A DNA stretch of 64,000 nt from a virus. Positions 8,737 through 18,401 of this stretch are shown here, in pieces; the stretch's first letter is position 1, and every line of letters starts with the position of its first letter. The notes beneath the pieces are model-generated. The model ran no database searches. It worked only from the letters and a program-made list of their open reading frames with translations, and was not told the origin of the DNA. Where the stretch lies: IMG/VR virus record IMGVR_UViG_3300034101_003146, positions 5,779 through 69,778 of that record. One strand, written 5' to 3'. A program made the translations under genes and the position numbers.

Positions 8737-11070
8737 ATGGGAAATATAACTAATAAACAATTAGAAAGAATGAAAATGTTAATGGGTGGTGTTAAACCTG
8801 TTAATGAAAGTGTTAACCTTTCTTCTATTGCATTAACAAAAAAAGCACCTAACGATAAATATTATAGTATTGTTAGAGAAACTAATAAATATTTTATTAA
8901 GGAATCTATAGATGGTGTTAACTACGACTACATTGGTGGTTTAGGTAATAAAAATAAAAACCAATTTAATTCATATGAAGATGCCACTAGACGTTTAAAT
9001 TTAATGTTTGAGGATTTTAATAGAACTTATGGTATTGAAGTAGGTACTAATATTTTGACACCAGATTTAATTCAAGAAAAAAAGTTTGTAATTAAAACAA
9101 AAAAGAAAAAGAAATCTAAAGGTTCAGAAGAAGCAACAGGTTTTGATTTTGGTGGTGAAGAAGAAACTACTGATACAGAAACTGATACTGATACCGAAAC
9201 AGAAGGTGGTGAAGAATTTGATTTTGGTGGTGAAGAAGAGACTACTGACGCGGAAACTGATACCGAAACTGATACTGAAACAGAAGGTGATGAAGAATTT
9301 GATTTTGGTGGTGAAGAAGAAACTACTGATACAGAAACAGAAGATGGTGAAGAATTTGATTTTGGTGGTGAAGAAGAGACTACTGATACAGAAACTGATA
9401 CTGAAATCACAGATGATGAAACTGATGAAGATTTAGATTTAGAGAGTGATAGTGAGGATAATATTAAAGATATACAAAAATTAACAGGTAAGTTAGGTCA
9501 AAAACTTAGAGATACTGAAGATGTTTCTTCAGATTTAAGTAAATGGGTAGCTAAAAGTGTTATATCGGCGTTAGATTTAGACCTTATGGATAGTGAAGAT
9601 AAAAAAGATATTATCCGTGCAATTAAGAAAAAAGGTAAAGAAGATTCCGATGCTGAGTTTGATTTTATGAGTAATGATCCTGAAGATGATGAAGATGATT
9701 ATGACTGGTACCCAGACCGAGAATTTAAAGAAAAATTCTTATCATCATATGAAGATGACGATGACGATGTTGAGTATGATTGGAGTACATTAACTGATGA
9801 AGAAAAGTCTAGGTTAATGACTACTGAGGATGAAGAAACTGATTACGGTCCAGGTGATGAAGATGTTGAAGGTTCTGAAATTATTCTAGATGATTATATG
9901 GAAGATGATGATTATATAGAAGATGATGGTGATTTGGTGGATTGGAATAGTTTGTCTGATGAAGAAAAAGGGGTGGTTTTAAACCCAAAAAAAGATTATA
10001 TGGGTGGTTGCACTGACTATATGAGTGGTTGTAAAGATTATATGGACGACCCTTATATGATGCCAAAAACAGCACCAACAAAACCAACAACAAAACCTGA
10101 TGTAAAACCAGGTACAGATAAACCAACAGTAACACCATCAAAACGTCCATTTACTCGTCCACCACATATTCCGCCAGATGAAGAATCAGCACCTAAAGCT
10201 TCAGAAGGTGAAGATTTTTACGGTATAAACTATGACAATGACGATACTTTAGATTATATGGGTGATGTAGATGACATCGGTGGTAAACTACGTGGTAGAC
10301 CCACTAATAAATCAATAACAAGTAGAGGTACGTTACCTAAATCATATTTAAGTGACAAACAAAGGTTAAATAAATTGGCTAAAAGTTTTGCTGATTTAGA
10401 TATGAAAGATGAATACACAACTGGTAATGTGGTTCCATATTACGATGATGTTAGAAGAAAAGGTGACTTTGGGTATGAAAATTTGCCATCAGAAAAATGG
10501 CGTAAAAACCCTTTAGAAAATGACACCAAATTTGATTACGATTTTGAACAAGATGATATTGTGGTAAACCCTAACAAAATCAGAACTAATTTTGATTATA
10601 TGCAAGATTTAAGTGAAGACCATTTAAATACAAAAATGGTATCTATAGAACAAGAAATGGCTTATGAAGATGTTGAGGATATGGCTAGACAAAATGGTTT
10701 AGAAATATCGTGGGATAAAAAAGATAAGTCTTCAGATCCTGAAGAGGAAACTGTTTATTTAAACCTTAAACGTGGTAATAAAATTGTAGGTAGTGTTAGA
10801 ATTAATGCTGTTGGTGATGTTGAAATTGGTGGTCCTATGAAAAAATCATTTAAAGGACAACCTCTTGACAATCTTAATGATTTTTACGAATATTTGGGTG
10901 AAAAAAATATAGAAATGAGTCCAAAAACAGCACCAACAAAACCAACAACAAAACCTGATGTAAAACCAGGTACAGATAAACCTACCCCTAGTAAAAGACC
11001 ATTTACTCGTCCACCACATATTCCACCAGATGAAGAATCAGCACCTAAAGCAAGAGTAAAAAGAAAGTAA
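8737..11070 (+). CDS. Large acidic low-complexity protein, possible prohead core/internal head protein
   Basis: D/E-rich; FDFGGEEETTD repeats; duplicated Pro-rich block; upstream of the head genes. Confidence 0.6.
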   Translation: MGNITNKQLERMKMLMGGVKPVNESVNLSSIALTKKAPNDKYYSIVRETNKYFIKESIDGVNYDYIGGLGNKNKNQFNSYEDATRRLNLMFEDFNRTYGIEVGTNILTPDLIQEKKFVIKTKKKKKSKGSEEATGFDFGGEEETTDTETDTDTETEGGEEFDFGGEEETTDAETDTETDTETEGDEEFDFGGEEETTDTETEDGEEFDFGGEEETTDTETDTEITDDETDEDLDLESDSEDNIKDIQKLTGKLGQKLRDTEDVSSDLSKWVAKSVISALDLDLMDSEDKKDIIRAIKKKGKEDSDAEFDFMSNDPEDDEDDYDWYPDREFKEKFLSSYEDDDDDVEYDWSTLTDEEKSRLMTTEDEETDYGPGDEDVEGSEIILDDYMEDDDYIEDDGDLVDWNSLSDEEKGVVLNPKKDYMGGCTDYMSGCKDYMDDPYMMPKTAPTKPTTKPDVKPGTDKPTVTPSKRPFTRPPHIPPDEESAPKASEGEDFYGINYDNDDTLDYMGDVDDIGGKLRGRPTNKSITSRGTLPKSYLSDKQRLNKLAKSFADLDMKDEYTTGNVVPYYDDVRRKGDFGYENLPSEKWRKNPLENDTKFDYDFEQDDIVVNPNKIRTNFDYMQDLSEDHLNTKMVSIEQEMAYEDVEDMARQNGLEISWDKKDKSSDPEEETVYLNLKRGNKIVGSVRINAVGDVEIGGPMKKSFKGQPLDNLNDFYEYLGEKNIEMSPKTAPTKPTTKPDVKPGTDKPTPSKRPFTRPPHIPPDEESAPKARVKRK
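9142..9405 (+). repeat. Four tandem coding repeats FDFGGEEETTD(TE)n
   Basis: TTTGATTTTGGTGGTGAAGAAGA(A/G)ACTACTGA occurs 4 times. Confidence 0.9.
10063..11052 (+). repeat. Dispersed ~135-bp duplication (10063-10200 and 10921-11052) encoding PKTAPTKPTTKPDVKPGTDKP...PSKRPFTRPPHIPPDEESAPKA
   Basis: Near-identical nucleotide blocks. Confidence 0.9.
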
Positions 11071-11483
11071 TGAAAGAATTATACTTAATTTATGTAAATA
11101 AAATAGGTACTAACCATAAGGGCGAAAATATTTTTGAGTTTTTATTCTCAAACTCTTTGGATTTAGATTGGGATGAAAGTTGGTACGAATCCTCGGTTGT
11201 TACTGATAAAAATGATTTAACACCAAACCCAAGTTTTATTAAATTTGTTGGAAATATTAAAACATCTGAATTTGATTTGGAATTGATACAAAATTCAGGA
11301 GTATTTCAAATTTATAATGCAGTAGAAGGTATTATCGCTTTGGCTTGGGAAAAATTAGAAGATGACGGTGACTACCCTGAAGAACGTTTAATATTTAAAT
11401 TTGGTGATACATTGGAATCAGTTGAAGAAAAATTATACTCATTAGATTTAGTATTCGACAAAGATAAAAAAACTAAAGTATAA
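11070..11483 (+). CDS. Hypothetical protein
   Basis: 137 aa, translationally coupled on both sides. Confidence 0.75.
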   Translation: MKELYLIYVNKIGTNHKGENIFEFLFSNSLDLDWDESWYESSVVTDKNDLTPNPSFIKFVGNIKTSEFDLELIQNSGVFQIYNAVEGIIALAWEKLEDDGDYPEERLIFKFGDTLESVEEKLYSLDLVFDKDKKTKV

Positions 11484-13300
11484 TGGCTAGAAAATTAAGA
11501 GAGTTTGATGAAAAAAACATAGACCTACAAATCAAATCTTTGGATTCTAAAAAAACAGATATCAAAAATAAGATTGATGATGCGAAGAAAAAAAGTGTGT
11601 ATAATGCAAAACTATCACAATTGGCCTATTCACAAGTCGGTAACGTTAAAGAACCAACACCAGAACAAAAGGCTGCAACACAAAAAATGGAAAAAGCTAA
11701 AGGTGATAAATTTAGAGCTGACTCTAATCAAGAAAATAATGAGGTAAGTAAATTACAAGATGAATTGAAGGCTGTGGAGTTAGAAAAAGCTAACATTTTA
11801 AAAAATAAGGATAACCAAATAAATAATATAAAAGAAAATACAATGGCGAACTTAACTAAACAAGATATTTTACGTATATTAGAGTCTTCACAGTCAGCCA
11901 TAATGACTAAAAGTGAATTAATAGAGACAATATCAAAAAAAATATTAAAAGAAGACATGGAAGATAGTGTTAGAAGAAGTTTTGAGAGTGGTGAAAATGA
12001 TTATTCGGAAATTTTAGGTAGGGATTTAACCAACCAATTGGCTAGGGAATCCTTCGAAGAAGTAGCTAGAAATATTAGGGAAAAAACTGGTAAACAAAAT
12101 GTAACATTAGCGGATGTTCAAAGAATTTTAAGTAATTCCTTGGTTAGTGCCGCAAAACAAGAATATCGTATAGGTATTCAAAATTTAGAGGCTAAAGCAG
12201 TCGAAATGGTTAAAAAAAGTTTTAAAATACCTGACGGTACTATAGAATTTGAGGCCACAATATCAGGTTTACCACCAGAAATGTTGGGTTTGCCTGAAAA
12301 TATTTCTGAAGAAGAAATGAGACAAGTTTCTGAACAATATGGTTTTAAAGTAGGTAAAATTAATAGAGGTAACCTTAGAATAAATACCCCAGAACCCCAA
12401 AAACCTAGAGGTAAAAGTGAAGACCAATTAAAATCAGCAGTCAAAAGACGTAGATATACTAATGCTATGACACATGGTGCAGCTAGAAAATCACAAAATT
12501 TACACATGCAAGATGATGAATTCCGTAGACAAAATCAACGTTTGGCTAAAGACTACAGTGATTTAATGGCAGCTAATGATGCTAATTATTTCCTATTGGA
12601 TGACGCTACAATAAAAGAACAAGGATCTAGTGGTATTCACGCTGGAAATGTTAAAGTAACTACAACAAACGATGGTAGGTATAAAATTGTCGCACAAGGT
12701 ATGACATTCCCAATACTTTTACATGAATTAGGTAAAGGTGTTATAGATCTTATGTCGGATTGGGGTAAGTCTAAAGACCCTGAAATTAGAAAATATGTGG
12801 CTGAAAAAGTAGATACGTTAGAGAATGAAACTAACGATATTCGTTTAGGTACTAAAATTTGGGAAAAATTTGTTGAACAGATACCTGTGGATAATCAAGA
12901 AGCTATATCATTAACTTGGCATAAATTACAAGAATTAAATGATGATGAATATAATAAAATTGTGGAAGGTTTAATCGCTAATAAAACACAAGCACAAACA
13001 AAGGTTAGACAATTAGCTGATGAGGCTATAAAAGAATTAAGAGAGGAAGAAATGCAGTCCTCTTTTGGTGACGAGGATGAACCTGTTGATGATGATGAAA
13101 CACCAACTGCTGATGATGATGATGATGAGGAAGATGACATTTTAAGACGTATAATGGGTAAACAAGAACCGGAAGATGTTGAGGATGATCCGGAAACTTG
13201 GTCGAAGAAAGAATTGGATGCTGCTATAGATGATGCTTTAGATGCTGGTGATTATGACACTGTAAGAAGATTAACAGATATTTTAAACAGAAAATATTAA
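11483..13300 (+). CDS. Hypothetical protein (coiled-coil N-terminus, LLHELGKG motif, acidic C-terminus)
   Basis: 605-aa ORF with several IxE/LxE motifs in the N-terminal part. Confidence 0.7.
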   Translation: MARKLREFDEKNIDLQIKSLDSKKTDIKNKIDDAKKKSVYNAKLSQLAYSQVGNVKEPTPEQKAATQKMEKAKGDKFRADSNQENNEVSKLQDELKAVELEKANILKNKDNQINNIKENTMANLTKQDILRILESSQSAIMTKSELIETISKKILKEDMEDSVRRSFESGENDYSEILGRDLTNQLARESFEEVARNIREKTGKQNVTLADVQRILSNSLVSAAKQEYRIGIQNLEAKAVEMVKKSFKIPDGTIEFEATISGLPPEMLGLPENISEEEMRQVSEQYGFKVGKINRGNLRINTPEPQKPRGKSEDQLKSAVKRRRYTNAMTHGAARKSQNLHMQDDEFRRQNQRLAKDYSDLMAANDANYFLLDDATIKEQGSSGIHAGNVKVTTTNDGRYKIVAQGMTFPILLHELGKGVIDLMSDWGKSKDPEIRKYVAEKVDTLENETNDIRLGTKIWEKFVEQIPVDNQEAISLTWHKLQELNDDEYNKIVEGLIANKTQAQTKVRQLADEAIKELREEEMQSSFGDEDEPVDDDETPTADDDDDEEDDILRRIMGKQEPEDVEDDPETWSKKELDAAIDDALDAGDYDTVRRLTDILNRKY

Positions 13301-13304
13301 AAAT

Positions 13305-13386
13305 CTTAACGTTTAGGACCGTTAAGTTATGTGGGGTGAAAGCCCCCGACTAACCCGTATGTTCGCTCCATACGGGTTTTTTATTG
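13305..13386 (+). ncRNA. Candidate structured RNA: three consecutive hairpins, the last terminator-like
   Basis: CTTAACG/CGTTAAG; GGGGT-GAAA-GCCCC; AACCCGTATG/CATACGGGTT plus T-tract. Confidence 0.4.
13352..13386 (+). terminator. Rho-independent terminator
   Basis: 10-bp stem followed by T-run. Confidence 0.8.
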
Positions 13387-13422
13387 TTTATTTTATAAGT
13401 AATTTATAGATATTTATTAGAT

Positions 13423-16182
13423 ATGAAAAATAATTTTCTATTAAAAGATTTAATTTTAGAAAGTCGTTTAGATGATGTTATAAAAAAATACCCTGAAGTT
13501 CGTAAAGATACTATAGAAGGGTTATCAAGATTAGACCCATCAGGTAACAACAAATACCTTGATTGGATGGTTTATGGTAGTAGGTTGGGTGTTTCTCAGG
13601 ATAGAATTGTCAAGGCTATCAATTCATTTCATAAAAACGTTAACAAACTAACTAAAGAATTTTTAGATGAATTAATTGAAGAAAAAAAATGGGGTTGGTT
13701 ACTTACTGATAATTCACCTGCAGCCAAAATTTTTCAAAACATTTATAAAAATCCTAAAGATATTAATAACTACAAAGATTATGGTATTGCTTTAGAGGTT
13801 TTTAAATTGGTTGACGAAAAACTTAGTAAGTCTGGTGTTAAAAAGTTAGAAGCTAATGTTTTATATAATGATAGTAATCTTTTAATTTTAATACCTAAAT
13901 CACATAGAGCTTCATGTTATTACGGTTCTGGTACAAAATGGTGTACAACAAGTAAGGAATCATCTGATTACTATGATAATTACACAAAAAGAGGTACATT
14001 ATTTTATATAATAAACAAAAAAGAACCTCAAACAAACCCATGGTATAAAACAGCGATTTTTGTCGATAATAACGGTGATGTCAAAGCATATGATGCTCCA
14101 GACACACCAACTGATTTAATAGATGCTAAAAATAATATACTTAATTGGGAGAAAGTTAAGGATGTTATTGTTGACTATTTATGGTCCAAAGGTGATAAAA
14201 AAGGTGTTGGTAATTTTTATTTTGGTGATGAGTATTTATCATGGTCAAACTCAATGGGTGAGGACCCATTGTCGATATTAACATATTATGAGTTTAAAAA
14301 AATACTTGGTGGTGAAAAAAAGTTATATGATTACCTGACTAAAAGGGGTATCAACCCAATTAATTATATACCTAAAGAAAGTCTTTTACTTTTTTATATT
14401 AAAGTTAAAGAAAGTCCTGAAGAAGTTGTTAAAACCGTATGGAATGAAGCTAAAAACGAAGGTAAAAATCCTATAAGTTATTTTACTAGCGATCATAAAC
14501 AATTATTAGGTATGGTTGTTAATGGAACTATAAATGTCGATGATTTTTTAAATGAAATTATAACACACAAATATGATTTAACAGAACTGTTTAAACAGAC
14601 GCCAACTACAGACGTTGTTAGTTTTATTAATTATGTATTTGGTGATGGTAATCCTAAAAATACATTCACTTCTTTTTATAACTTCCTAGATAGTTTAGAA
14701 ATTAATTTATTCAGAAATGTTAGGACAACAATAGTTAAATTATTAATATCAGAGTTTTCAATAGAAGATAAAGTAAGTTTATTAGTTTCTAATATGAAAT
14801 CATTAAAAGCATCAACAATTGAATATGGTGTTTCTACTGAACAAATGTTAGCTTATTGTAGTAATGAAGAGATTAAAGAATTATTAGATAGAGATTTATT
14901 AATGGGTGTTGATTTAGACACATTTCTTGGTGTAATTGAAAACCCAGAAGAGGCCTATTGGAGGTACGTTGCATCACTTGGTGGGGTTCCATTTCGTACG
15001 TTGGGTAGTTGGTTGAGGGACTATGATTTTGTTGGTGATTATGTTTTAAGTAGTGGTGTTAGTAAGGTATTTAAAACCGTAAAAAGTTTCCAAGAAAGTA
15101 TTAATAAAATCACAGGTTTAGATGAATACGAAGAACCAATACTTAATGTTGTTGATACATTCACCACAGCCAGATTAGTTAAATACTTTTATAACAACAA
15201 CTCTTATGTTGCCTATTTAAGTTATAAAGAAGATGATAGGTTAGATGAATTTAGTCCTGTCCAAATTGTTTTAGCTTATAATGACGCACCACCAGATGAT
15301 AAGGAGTTGAAAGAAAAAGTTTTTGATGTTATAGAAGATGCCTTAGGTGGTTATAATAACGGTCAAATAAGAGAAGAAAATGGTGAGTTTTATTTAACTG
15401 TTTATAGTATGTGTGAATTTGAAGATTTAACAGCCAACGAAGAAACAAAGGATGTTTTTTGTAATAACGATGAAGAAATTGTGTGGCAGAAATACGACAG
15501 TGATATAGCTTTAGAATATACCCTACGTGTTGATGGTGTTAGTGATATGATTAAAGATTATTTATTCATACATGTTAGAGGTAAAGATATAACATTACCA
15601 GATACATATGTGGATGATTTTAAACATTGGGTTGGTGATTATAATGTTGGTGATGGTTTTAAACTAACACTATATGACGAGATAATCATGAGCCTATCAA
15701 ATGAAAATCTAATAGATATTATATCAAATAGTAGTGAATTAAGTGATTTTAAGAAATTAATAACAGAAAGTTATAATAAAGCAGCCAATAAATACATCTC
15801 AAATATTTTAGATAAAAAAGCCATGGATACCTTAGAAAATATATTAGGTAATAGAGGTCAATATAATAAAATGTTGATGAAAAGAAGTCTTGGTGGTAAG
15901 TCTAAACTTGTTGACACTTATGTTTATACTTTTAAATTAACACATATAGTGGATGATGTTATAGACTATACCGTTTCACTTTTACAACCGGCAAATGAAA
16001 ATTCACTACCTAGTTATTATTTGGATATGATACGTGTTATGATGGATGAATCTATTGGTAGATTTGATGGTAAAATAGAATTACCTGTAGAAGAAATTGT
16101 ATGGGGTGAAGATCCAGAAGGTGATAATTTTGATAAGTTATTAATTTACGAAATAGAAGATAGATTAGACATAGAACAGTAA
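13423..16182 (+). CDS. Large hypothetical protein with DPS.NNKYL / YG.GTKWC domain
   Basis: 919-aa ORF; motif shared with ORFs at 35910 and 37641; LILE| leader. Confidence 0.7.
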   Translation: MKNNFLLKDLILESRLDDVIKKYPEVRKDTIEGLSRLDPSGNNKYLDWMVYGSRLGVSQDRIVKAINSFHKNVNKLTKEFLDELIEEKKWGWLLTDNSPAAKIFQNIYKNPKDINNYKDYGIALEVFKLVDEKLSKSGVKKLEANVLYNDSNLLILIPKSHRASCYYGSGTKWCTTSKESSDYYDNYTKRGTLFYIINKKEPQTNPWYKTAIFVDNNGDVKAYDAPDTPTDLIDAKNNILNWEKVKDVIVDYLWSKGDKKGVGNFYFGDEYLSWSNSMGEDPLSILTYYEFKKILGGEKKLYDYLTKRGINPINYIPKESLLLFYIKVKESPEEVVKTVWNEAKNEGKNPISYFTSDHKQLLGMVVNGTINVDDFLNEIITHKYDLTELFKQTPTTDVVSFINYVFGDGNPKNTFTSFYNFLDSLEINLFRNVRTTIVKLLISEFSIEDKVSLLVSNMKSLKASTIEYGVSTEQMLAYCSNEEIKELLDRDLLMGVDLDTFLGVIENPEEAYWRYVASLGGVPFRTLGSWLRDYDFVGDYVLSSGVSKVFKTVKSFQESINKITGLDEYEEPILNVVDTFTTARLVKYFYNNNSYVAYLSYKEDDRLDEFSPVQIVLAYNDAPPDDKELKEKVFDVIEDALGGYNNGQIREENGEFYLTVYSMCEFEDLTANEETKDVFCNNDEEIVWQKYDSDIALEYTLRVDGVSDMIKDYLFIHVRGKDITLPDTYVDDFKHWVGDYNVGDGFKLTLYDEIIMSLSNENLIDIISNSSELSDFKKLITESYNKAANKYISNILDKKAMDTLENILGNRGQYNKMLMKRSLGGKSKLVDTYVYTFKLTHIVDDVIDYTVSLLQPANENSLPSYYLDMIRVMMDESIGRFDGKIELPVEEIVWGEDPEGDNFDKLLIYEIEDRLDIEQ

Positions 16183-16205
16183 AAACCGTTAATATATGAT
16201 TTAAA

Positions 16206-16240
16206 CAATGTTCTTGATATTTATATATGAAAGAACATTG
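16206..16240 (+). promoter_or_regulatory. Perfect 10-bp inverted repeat enclosing a GATATTTATA motif just upstream of the terminase start
   Basis: CAATGTTCTT (16206-15), GATATTTATA (16216-25), AAGAACATTG (16231-40), ATG at 16245. Confidence 0.6.
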
Positions 16241-16244
16241 ATTT

Positions 16245-18077
16245 ATGTCTAACGTAGTACAAAATAAAACACAAAAACTTCTTGAACTTGCCAAATGTAT
16301 AAAAGATCCTATTTATACAATAGAAAATTATTTAACCACATTTGACCAAACACAAAAGGGGTTTGTTAGTTTTAAATTATTCCCAAAACAAAAAGAATTA
16401 GTTAAAGCCTATAAAAAAGAACAATTTAATATAGTGATGAAACCCCGTCAGGCCGGGGTCTCAACAACAACAGCAGCTTATATAGCTGTTATGACAGCTT
16501 TAGCCGACCCACAAAGTCCTCAAAGGGTTCTAATTTTAGCTAACAAACAAGAAACAGCTATTGAGTTCCTCAAAAAAGTTAAAGATTTTACATCACAATT
16601 ACCTTCTTGGATGAACGTTTGGGCTCCACCTACAAAACCTGGTGAGGAACCGTATTGGTATGATGCAGAAAAAAATTCAGCTAAACATTATCGTTTAACA
16701 AATGGTTCGGAAGTTAAAGCGGTAGCAACATCAATGGATGCTTTACGTGGTTATACACCCACATTACTTGTGATGGATGAGGCAGCCTATATTGAGGGTG
16801 GTGAGGAAGTTTACGCGGCAGCTCAACCCGCTTTATCAACGGGTGGTGGGGCCATACTGATCTCGACGCCTAAAGGTATGGACCCTCTTTATTATAAAAC
16901 ATACATGGCGGCCAAAACAAAAGAAAAAACCAACAACCCATTTAATATTGTTGAAATGAGATGGTTTCAAGATCCACGTTATAATAAAGATATGAAGTGG
17001 TTAAAGTTTAATGAAGCTGGTGAGGTCATAGAAGAAATTGTTGATATGAATTATGACAATTTCGACAGGTTAGAAGAAGAAGGTTGGCAACCAACATCAC
17101 CGTGGTATGAAAAAATGTGTGCACAGTTAAATCATAATCAACGTAAAATTGCACAAGAGTTGAACTGTACATTTAATGGTTCAGGTGATAACGTAATTAA
17201 TGAAAAATATATAGATTATCATAGAAAAAACAACATACAAGACCCTATTAGGACTGAATGGTTAGACGGTAACATGTGGGTTTGGGAAGATCCTCAATTT
17301 GGTCATGAATATATTTTATCAGTAGATGCTGCATCAGGTTCTGCGGATGATTTTGCATCAATTTGTATTATGGATTTTACAACAGGTTGTCAAGTAGCGG
17401 AATATCACGGTAAAGTCACTCCTGATACTTTAGGTGAAATTGCCTTTGAGTACGGTAATCGATATGAGGCCTTTGTGGTTGTTGATGTCACGGGTGGTTA
17501 TGGTGGTACTTCGGTTTTAAAAATGATTGAGCTAGGTTACTCTTCTAAAAAAATGTATTACGATGTTGTTTTAGGTATAGATTCAATCACTAATAATAAG
17601 AATTTGGAACGTCATATGCGTGATGGGAAATTACCTGGTTTAAATTTCCAAAAAAATAGAAATATGATTGTAAACAAATTGGAGGAGGGTGTTAGATTAG
17701 ATTCTTTTAAAGTACGTTCTATTAGAGCAATTGCTGAAATGGACACCTTTGTATTTAAAAATGGTCGTCCTGACCATATGAAAGGTTACCATGATGATTT
17801 GTTAATGGGTATAGCAATGTGTTGTTATGTTGCACAAACATCATTTAAAGACTTACAGAAAAGTCAGGGACAGACTAAAGCAATGTTGGATTCTTGGGTT
17901 GTCTCCACAAATACGGCAGATACGATACAAGAGTTAAATGTTACTGAAAATAATTATATGAACTCACGTGGTGATTTATCCAAACAAATCCAACACGCTA
18001 ATTCTGAACATAATTGGGTATTTTTCGGTATGGCCGGATTTACCGATAAAAACACTAATAAAAAATTAATAAAATAA
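16245..18077 (+). CDS. terL: Terminase large subunit (T4 gp17-like)
   Basis: KPRQAGVST Walker A, LVMDEAA Walker B, ISTP motif, nuclease SVD...HDDLLM. Confidence 0.95.
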   Translation: MSNVVQNKTQKLLELAKCIKDPIYTIENYLTTFDQTQKGFVSFKLFPKQKELVKAYKKEQFNIVMKPRQAGVSTTTAAYIAVMTALADPQSPQRVLILANKQETAIEFLKKVKDFTSQLPSWMNVWAPPTKPGEEPYWYDAEKNSAKHYRLTNGSEVKAVATSMDALRGYTPTLLVMDEAAYIEGGEEVYAAAQPALSTGGGAILISTPKGMDPLYYKTYMAAKTKEKTNNPFNIVEMRWFQDPRYNKDMKWLKFNEAGEVIEEIVDMNYDNFDRLEEEGWQPTSPWYEKMCAQLNHNQRKIAQELNCTFNGSGDNVINEKYIDYHRKNNIQDPIRTEWLDGNMWVWEDPQFGHEYILSVDAASGSADDFASICIMDFTTGCQVAEYHGKVTPDTLGEIAFEYGNRYEAFVVVDVTGGYGGTSVLKMIELGYSSKKMYYDVVLGIDSITNNKNLERHMRDGKLPGLNFQKNRNMIVNKLEEGVRLDSFKVRSIRAIAEMDTFVFKNGRPDHMKGYHDDLLMGIAMCCYVAQTSFKDLQKSQGQTKAMLDSWVVSTNTADTIQELNVTENNYMNSRGDLSKQIQHANSEHNWVFFGMAGFTDKNTNKKLIK

Positions 18078-18322
18078 TGGCAACGGGAAGAAATATTTCA
18101 CAAAATCAACCATTTAAAGGTCAACCTAATATGAGAAGAGGTGCAGGGCCTATTTATTATAAATGGAACCCATTACCGTTTGAAAAAGGTGGTAATTTAA
18201 AACAAACTAGTTTAAAACTAATTTGTGATAATGTTGTTGATAACATTACAACATATGTTTATGATATAGATCCCACTAACGGTAATCATTTGGCCTACGT
18301 TAATTGTGACTATGTTGAATAA
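18077..18322 (+). CDS. Hypothetical protein
   Basis: 81 aa, coupled to the terL stop. Confidence 0.6.
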   Translation: MATGRNISQNQPFKGQPNMRRGAGPIYYKWNPLPFEKGGNLKQTSLKLICDNVVDNITTYVYDIDPTNGNHLAYVNCDYVE

Positions 18323-18401
18323 CATTCACATTTAAACATGTTGGTTTAAATTTAAACTGAATATTTATGTTAAAAATAACAAGTTTTGGAAAAATTCATT
18401 A

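Noticed and set aside
9142-9405. Tandem repeats as a possible CRISPR array
   Set aside because: Intervening sequences are similar to each other, vary in length and are low-complexity; ordinary coding repeats
9072-9436. Ser/Val-rich antisense ORF and alternate-frame ORF
   Set aside because: Shadows of the acidic tandem repeats in the 777-aa gene
13305-13386. tRNA gene
   Set aside because: No acceptor stem, T-loop consensus or CCA end
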